This document shows, piece by piece, positions 25,077-29,748 of a stretch of DNA of 29,748 nt (position 1 is the stretch's first letter; every line of letters begins with the position of its first letter). Made by a program: the position numbers and the translations under genes. The stretch lies in the IMG/VR virus record IMGVR_UViG_3300034894_000022, positions 1 to 29,748 of that record. One strand, 5' to 3'. Source of the DNA: a virus. Lineage: Duplodnaviria > Caudoviricetes. The notes beneath the pieces are model-generated. The model was not told the DNA's origin. It made no database searches and was given only the letters and a program-made list of their open reading frames with translations.

Positions 25077-25396
25077 CCAACGCCGGACTTGTCAACCTCG
25101 TCACCGTCCTTGGCATCACCGTCATCGTCCTCGTCATCGCCCTGGTCGTCCTCGCCGTCGTCCTGGCCGAGCAGGTCGGCGCCCGCCGGGCGGTCGAGCG
25201 CCGCTCGGCGCGACTGACCCGCCGGCTCGCCGAAGCGAACACCCGCATCCGTCGACTGCTCAAGCTGGACGAGCCCGCCGCGACGCTGCACATGCCCCGC
25301 ATCGAGGCCGCGCCCAAGTTCCGGACGGGCACCGTGCGCCCGCCGTCGACCGCCCTGGTGCCGGCCGGCGAGCGGTCGCTGGAGCGTGTCCGGTGA
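25073..25396 (+). CDS. Membrane protein with coiled coil
   Basis: ATGA overlap; long N-terminal TM followed by a basic coiled coil. Confidence 0.7.
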   Translation: MTNAGLVNLVTVLGITVIVLVIALVVLAVVLAEQVGARRAVERRSARLTRRLAEANTRIRRLLKLDEPAATLHMPRIEAAPKFRTGTVRPPSTALVPAGERSLERVR

Positions 25397-25677
25397 ACAC
25401 CCTCGCCGCGGCGGCGGTCGCCGTCACCGCGCCGGTCGTCGCCGGGGCCCTGCTCGCCGGGGTCCGCTACGTTCAGCGCCGCCAGGCGCACCGCAGGCGC
25501 GTCGAGCTGGTCACCCGACCGCCGGCGAAGGCCGCGGCGGAGCCGGTCGTAAGCCGGGCCGGCCGCGTTGCCGGCCGCGTTGCCGGCCTCGTGCTCCTGG
25601 CCGTCATGGGTGCCATCGTCGTCGTCGCCGGCGTCATCGCGTACGGCGCGACGGGCGTGTGGTCGGTGACCCGATGA
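25393..25677 (+). CDS. Membrane protein (2 TM)
   Basis: GTGA overlap; hydrophobic segments at both ends. Confidence 0.65.
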   Translation: MNTLAAAAVAVTAPVVAGALLAGVRYVQRRQAHRRRVELVTRPPAKAAAEPVVSRAGRVAGRVAGLVLLAVMGAIVVVAGVIAYGATGVWSVTR

Positions 25678-26111
25678 GGAGCTTCCGCCGCCGGCCCACC
25701 GCCGAACAGACCGCACTCGTCGAGCTCCGCGCTGAGTGCGAGCAGCTGCGCCGCGAGCGCAACGACGCCGTGCTCGAGTTGCGCGGGGAGACCGAACGGC
25801 ACACCCGGGCCCGCCGGTTCCTGAGCGAGCGCGCCGACGAGCTGAGCCAGGCGTACAAGCTGAACCGCCAGCTGCACGACAAGGTCGCCAACCTCGAGAC
25901 CCAGCTCGCCGCCGCCCCGGCCACCGACGACCCGATGCTGCCCGCCGTCGAGCCCGAGCCGCGGCCGCACATCCACCGCTCGTGCGCCATGGCGGCGTCG
26001 CGGATCTGCGTGCACTGCCGGCCGGAGCTGGGCTGGAGCGTGGACGCGTTCCTGCCCGGAGCACACCAGCGGCGCCAAACAACCACCCCCGCTGAAAGGA
26101 CTTCCCCGTGA
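25674..26111 (+). CDS. Coiled-coil protein with C-terminal Cys/His motif
   Basis: ATGA overlap; heptads followed by HIHRSC......CVHC. Confidence 0.65.
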   Translation: MRSFRRRPTAEQTALVELRAECEQLRRERNDAVLELRGETERHTRARRFLSERADELSQAYKLNRQLHDKVANLETQLAAAPATDDPMLPAVEPEPRPHIHRSCAMAASRICVHCRPELGWSVDAFLPGAHQRRQTTTPAERTSP

Positions 26112-26956
26112 AGATCGTGCGCCGCAACAACGGCCGCAACCACTGGTACGTCGACCTCGACGCCGGAGGCGAACGAGTGCCCGGCGTCACCACCCTGACC
26201 GGCGACGGGCTGCCCAAGCCGGCGCTGCTCAACTGGGCCGGCGACGCCACCGCCGAATACGCCATGGACAACTGGGACGACCTGGGCAAGCTCGGCCCGT
26301 CCGAGCGGCTCAAGAAGATGAAGGGCGGCCGGTACGAGAAGCGCGACGCGGCAGCCAACAAGGGCACCGCGGTCCACAAGATGGCCGAGCGGCTCATCGC
26401 CGGCGAACGCGTCACCGTCCCTGACGAGCTCGCCGGATACGTCGACGCGTGCGTCGCGTTCCTGGACGAGTTCAGCGTTCGCCAGGTGTACGTCGAGGCG
26501 GTCGTCTACTCCGAGACGCACCGCCACGTCGGCACGACCGACCTGATCGCCGACGTGCTGCTCCCGGACATGCCGGAGTACGACCACATCGGACGCGACG
26601 ACGACGGCTACTCGCGCGGCCTGTTCGACTGGAAGACCTCCCGGTCCGGCATCTTCGGCGACGTCGCCCTCCAGTTGGCCCCCTACCGGCACTCCGAGTA
26701 CCTCATCGACCCCAAGACCGGCGACGTCCTGGCCATGCCGGACGTCGACTTCACCGCCGGCATCCACCTCACCGCCACCGGGTACTCGCTGGTCCCGCTG
26801 ATCACCGACGCCGACGTGTACCGCGACTTCCTCTACGTCAAGGAGGTCGCCCGGATCCAGAACGGACTCCGCGACCTCGTCGGCCCGCCCATCCTCCCGC
26901 CGACCGCGTCCCGCTACGTGCTGGCCAAGGCCGAGGAGGGGACCGATGGACGCTGA
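26108..26956 (+). CDS. PD-(D/E)XK exonuclease (recombination partner of ERF)
   Basis: PGVTT..LPKPALLNW..GTAVH..E.VV..GTTD..DWKTS..QLAPY motifs; AAAGGA RBS. Confidence 0.88.
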   Translation: MKIVRRNNGRNHWYVDLDAGGERVPGVTTLTGDGLPKPALLNWAGDATAEYAMDNWDDLGKLGPSERLKKMKGGRYEKRDAAANKGTAVHKMAERLIAGERVTVPDELAGYVDACVAFLDEFSVRQVYVEAVVYSETHRHVGTTDLIADVLLPDMPEYDHIGRDDDGYSRGLFDWKTSRSGIFGDVALQLAPYRHSEYLIDPKTGDVLAMPDVDFTAGIHLTATGYSLVPLITDADVYRDFLYVKEVARIQNGLRDLVGPPILPPTASRYVLAKAEEGTDGR

Positions 26957-27776
26957 GACCGGCACCCCGCACCTCAACGCGGCGCTGGCCAAGGTCCAGG
27001 CCCGCCTGCCGAAGCTCGAACGCGACCGCACCGTCACCGTCACGCAGAAGAACGGCGAGACCTACTCCTACAGCTACGTCACGCTCTCCAACCTGTCCGA
27101 CGGCGTACTCCCGCTCCTGACCGAACACGGGCTGGCGTTCGTGGCCATGCCCGGCGCCGGGTCCGACGGCAAGATGTGCCTCCGGTACCGGCTGCTGCAC
27201 GAGTCGGGCGAGTCCCTCGCCGGCGAGTTCCCGATCTCCGGCGAGGGCGGCATCCAGATGATCGGCGGCCGGATCACCTACGCCCGCCGCTACTGCCTCG
27301 CCGCGCTGGTTGGCGTGGCGGCCGACGAGGACGACGAGTCCCGGCTGTCGGAGGGCGACGGCCCGAAGACCGCGCAGCGGGCCGCGGCACGGCCCCGGCC
27401 GCAGCGCGCTGACGGGGACGCTCCGCCTGCCGGGCGGACCGCTCAGCGCGCCCAGCGCCCCACCGCCAGCGGGCGCCCTCCGCTGCCGGGCGAGGACGGC
27501 GCGGCTACCACCCCGCAGATGCAGAAGCTCGCAATTCACCTCGGTGAGATCGGCGTGGAGGACCGGGCCGAGCGGCTCAACCTGTGCGGCCGCTACGCCC
27601 GCCGGGAGCTTGCGTCGGCGAAGGACCTGACCCAACGGGAGGCGACCGGGCTGATCGACCTGGTCGTCAAGGCGACCACCATGGAGGCCCCGTTGGCGTG
27701 GCTGACGGAACAGCTCGCCGGCCGCGGCCACGAGGCGTGGCCCGAGGTCGCGCAGCCGGCGGACGGTGCGTCGTGA
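26946..27776 (+). CDS. erf: ERF-family single-strand annealing protein
   Basis: LNAALAKVQ..YSYSYVTL..PLLTEHGL..LLHESGE..GGRITYARRYCLAALVGVAADEDD. Confidence 0.92.
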   Translation: MDAETGTPHLNAALAKVQARLPKLERDRTVTVTQKNGETYSYSYVTLSNLSDGVLPLLTEHGLAFVAMPGAGSDGKMCLRYRLLHESGESLAGEFPISGEGGIQMIGGRITYARRYCLAALVGVAADEDDESRLSEGDGPKTAQRAAARPRPQRADGDAPPAGRTAQRAQRPTASGRPPLPGEDGAATTPQMQKLAIHLGEIGVEDRAERLNLCGRYARRELASAKDLTQREATGLIDLVVKATTMEAPLAWLTEQLAGRGHEAWPEVAQPADGAS

Positions 27777-28051
27777 GCGCGGGCACCTTCATCGTGTGCG
27801 GCTGCCCGGTCAACCCGAGCGGCCACCGCAGCGGCTGCTGGTACGACGAGGTCGAGACCATCGCCCGCGAGGGCCGCGACGCGGCCGCCGTCTACGACCC
27901 GCCCCGCCACCCGCTCGTCAACGTCGTCATCGCGCTCGCCGAGCACGGGCACCTGCGCGACCTGACCAGCGACGAGCAGCTCCTCGGACTCCTGGACGAC
28001 CTTTACGCCGGCGACCTGCTCGGCCCCGCCGAGGACGAGTGCGATGGCTGA
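27773..28051 (+). CDS. Hypothetical protein
   Basis: GTGA overlap; CGC.....H...C N-terminus, acidic C-terminus. Confidence 0.6.
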   Translation: MSAGTFIVCGCPVNPSGHRSGCWYDEVETIAREGRDAAAVYDPPRHPLVNVVIALAEHGHLRDLTSDEQLLGLLDDLYAGDLLGPAEDECDG

Positions 28052-28664
28052 GCCGCCCACCCTCGTCCGCGTCCCGGTCGCCCGGGTCCACGCCGGCCCG
28101 AACGTCCGCGTCCGCCTCGACGACATCGAGGAGCTCGCGCTGTCCATCAAGACGCTCGGGCTGATCAAACCGCTGATCGTGTCCGTCGACGGCGACGAGT
28201 ACCAGATCCTCGACGGACACCGGCGCCTGGCCGCGCTCAAGCGGATCGGCGTCGAGCACGTCGAAGTGATCGTGCGCGGCGAACCGTCCGAGCGGGCCCG
28301 CCTGGCCGTGCAGGTCGCCCTGGCGTCGCACTCGGCGCGGCTGGACCCGATGACCGAGGCCCGCACGATCGAGAAGCTGATGTTCGAGCACCTGCTGACC
28401 CGCGAGCAGATCGCCGCGATGCTCGGCCGGTCGCCGGCGTGGGTACGCGGCCGGACCGACCTGCTGCGGTTGACGCCGACCGAGCAGCAGGAGGTCGAGC
28501 GCGGCCGCATGTCGGTTACGGAGGCACACCTGCGGCTGCGGTCGCACGCGTCGCAGGCCGGCCAGGTCGCCAGCTCGGCGGTCGGTGCTCGCGCGGGCAA
28601 CCAGAACGCCGCGCGGTCCACTAAGCACTGCCGCACCTGCAGTTGCCAGGACGGTGGCCGATGA
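28044..28664 (+). CDS. ParB N-terminal domain protein with HTH
   Basis: PNVR..IEELALSIKTLGLIKPLIV..YQILDGHRRLAAL..TREQIAAMLGRSPAWV. Confidence 0.9.
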   Translation: MAEPPTLVRVPVARVHAGPNVRVRLDDIEELALSIKTLGLIKPLIVSVDGDEYQILDGHRRLAALKRIGVEHVEVIVRGEPSERARLAVQVALASHSARLDPMTEARTIEKLMFEHLLTREQIAAMLGRSPAWVRGRTDLLRLTPTEQQEVERGRMSVTEAHLRLRSHASQAGQVASSAVGARAGNQNAARSTKHCRTCSCQDGGR

Positions 28665-29140
28665 GCACGGATCCGATCCTGACGATCGTGGTGCGCGGCC
28701 GGCCGGCGCCGCAGGGCTCCAAGGAGCGCAAGGGCAACGGCGCGATGGTCGAGTCGTCCAAGTACGTCAAGCCGTGGCGCACCGACGTTCGCGGCGACGC
28801 CCTCGAGGCGCTGGCGCAACACCCGGACTGGGTGCCGCTCGACGGGCCGCTCGTCGTCGACATGGTGTTCACCACGACCCGGCCGGCGTCGCACTACAGG
28901 ACCGGGCGGAACGCGCACCTGCTGCGCGACTCGGCGCCGCGGCGCCCGCACAGCCCGCCGGACCTGTCGAAGCTCGCCCGGTCGACGGAGGACGCGTTGA
29001 CGTCGGCCGGCGTGTGGCGGGACGACGCCCGGGTCGTGGAGTACGGGCGCCTGGCGAAGGTGTACGCCGGCGAGGACGTCGACGCCCTGACGGTGCCCGG
29101 CGCGCTCATCCGGGTGTACACGCTCGGCGGTGCGTCGTGA
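28661..29140 (+). CDS. rusA: RusA-like Holliday junction resolvase
   Basis: GRPAPQGSK..KPWR..PPDLSKLARSTEDALT..WRDDARVV. Confidence 0.9.
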   Translation: MSTDPILTIVVRGRPAPQGSKERKGNGAMVESSKYVKPWRTDVRGDALEALAQHPDWVPLDGPLVVDMVFTTTRPASHYRTGRNAHLLRDSAPRRPHSPPDLSKLARSTEDALTSAGVWRDDARVVEYGRLAKVYAGEDVDALTVPGALIRVYTLGGAS

Positions 29141-29385
29141 GCCTGTACCCGACGCGGACCCGCCGCGAGCTGCTGGCCGCCGTCGCGAACGGCCAGGTCA
29201 TCACCGATTACACCGCGGACTGCTTCGTGGCGGTGCTGTTCCCCGACGCGCCCACGTCGTGGCAGGACCGGGTTACCGTCACCGCCCGCGTACGGGAGGC
29301 GGAGCAGGCCGGCTGGATCAAGGAGCAGGGAACCGACTGGCGACTCACTGAGGCCGGCTGGGACGCACTGGGGCGTGCGTCATGA
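29137..29385 (+). CDS. Hypothetical protein (possible winged helix)
   Basis: GTGA overlap; PTRTRRELLAAV..AGWI..WRLTEAGWDAL. Confidence 0.65.
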   Translation: MSLYPTRTRRELLAAVANGQVITDYTADCFVAVLFPDAPTSWQDRVTVTARVREAEQAGWIKEQGTDWRLTEAGWDALGRAS

Positions 29386-29633
29386 CGACCTTCCCGACGA
29401 GCCCGTGCCCGAGCTGCTCGGCACCGATCATCTGGACGGTCACCGCCTCGCAGGGCAAGCGGCAGCCCGTCGACGCCGAGCCGGCCGCCGACGGCACCAT
29501 CCAGCTGTCGCGCCGCCACGACGGCCAGATCGTGTCGACCGTTCTCCCCGTCGCCGGTCGGTTCGGCCGACAGGGCCGCCTGCACCTAGCCCACCACGCG
29601 ACGTGCCCGCGCCCGGTCCGGAGGCCGCGATGA
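29382..29633 (+). CDS. Small zinc-finger protein
   Basis: CPSCSAPIIW..GKRQPVDAEP..G..HHATCP, a common actinophage early protein pattern. Confidence 0.75.
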   Translation: MTTFPTSPCPSCSAPIIWTVTASQGKRQPVDAEPAADGTIQLSRRHDGQIVSTVLPVAGRFGRQGRLHLAHHATCPRPVRRPR

Positions 29634-29748
29634 GCCGGCAGAAGCGTCCAATGGTTGCTGGCGACGGGGACCCCCGCCACGGCACGACCGGCGGGTACAC
29701 GAACCACCGATGCCGTTGCACCGAATGCCGCGCCGCGTGGGCGGCGAC
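29630..29748 (+). CDS. Cys/His protein, partial
   Basis: ATGA overlap; RHGTTGGYTNHRCRCTEC; runs off the window. Confidence 0.7.
   Translation, partial: MSRQKRPMVAGDGDPRHGTTGGYTNHRCRCTECRAAWAA

Noticed and set aside
25560-25587. Tandem GGCCGCGTTGCC repeat
   Set aside because: Two in-frame copies (GRVA GRVA); a trivial slippage duplication.
26108-26956. Cas4 / CRISPR system
   Set aside because: No Fe-S cysteine set, no array and no other cas genes; position next to erf indicates a recombination exonuclease.
28044-28664. parABS plasmid-prophage partition system
   Set aside because: No parA or parS repeats seen, and the phage has int and attP; lone ParB-domain genes are common in early regions.

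Overview
About 30 kb of a high-GC temperate siphovirus of an actinomycete host (host range is inferred). It is seen in its unintegrated form: the attP core, the 3' half of tRNA-Lys(UUU) at 20057-20099, has phage genes on both sides. Layout: terL-terS on the minus strand, divergent from a plus-strand HK97-type head/neck/tail operon (2001-13869) that is interrupted by an antisense endonuclease VII gene; lysis genes and a fibre-like gene (13972-16324); an accessory region (DUF2637 membrane protein, RHH regulator, UTRA-only GntR remnant, lipoprotein, membrane protein); attP, tyrosine integrase, repressor, cro and xis; then an early operon (PD-(D/E)XK exonuclease, ERF, ParB-like, RusA, small Cys-rich proteins). 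The most striking signal is an AT-rich Fur-family (Zur/Fur-like) operator found twice, in front of terS and in front of the endolysin. It suggests that packaging and lysis are co-regulated, possibly by a host metal sensor. All calls come from motif recognition by eye; no searches were run.
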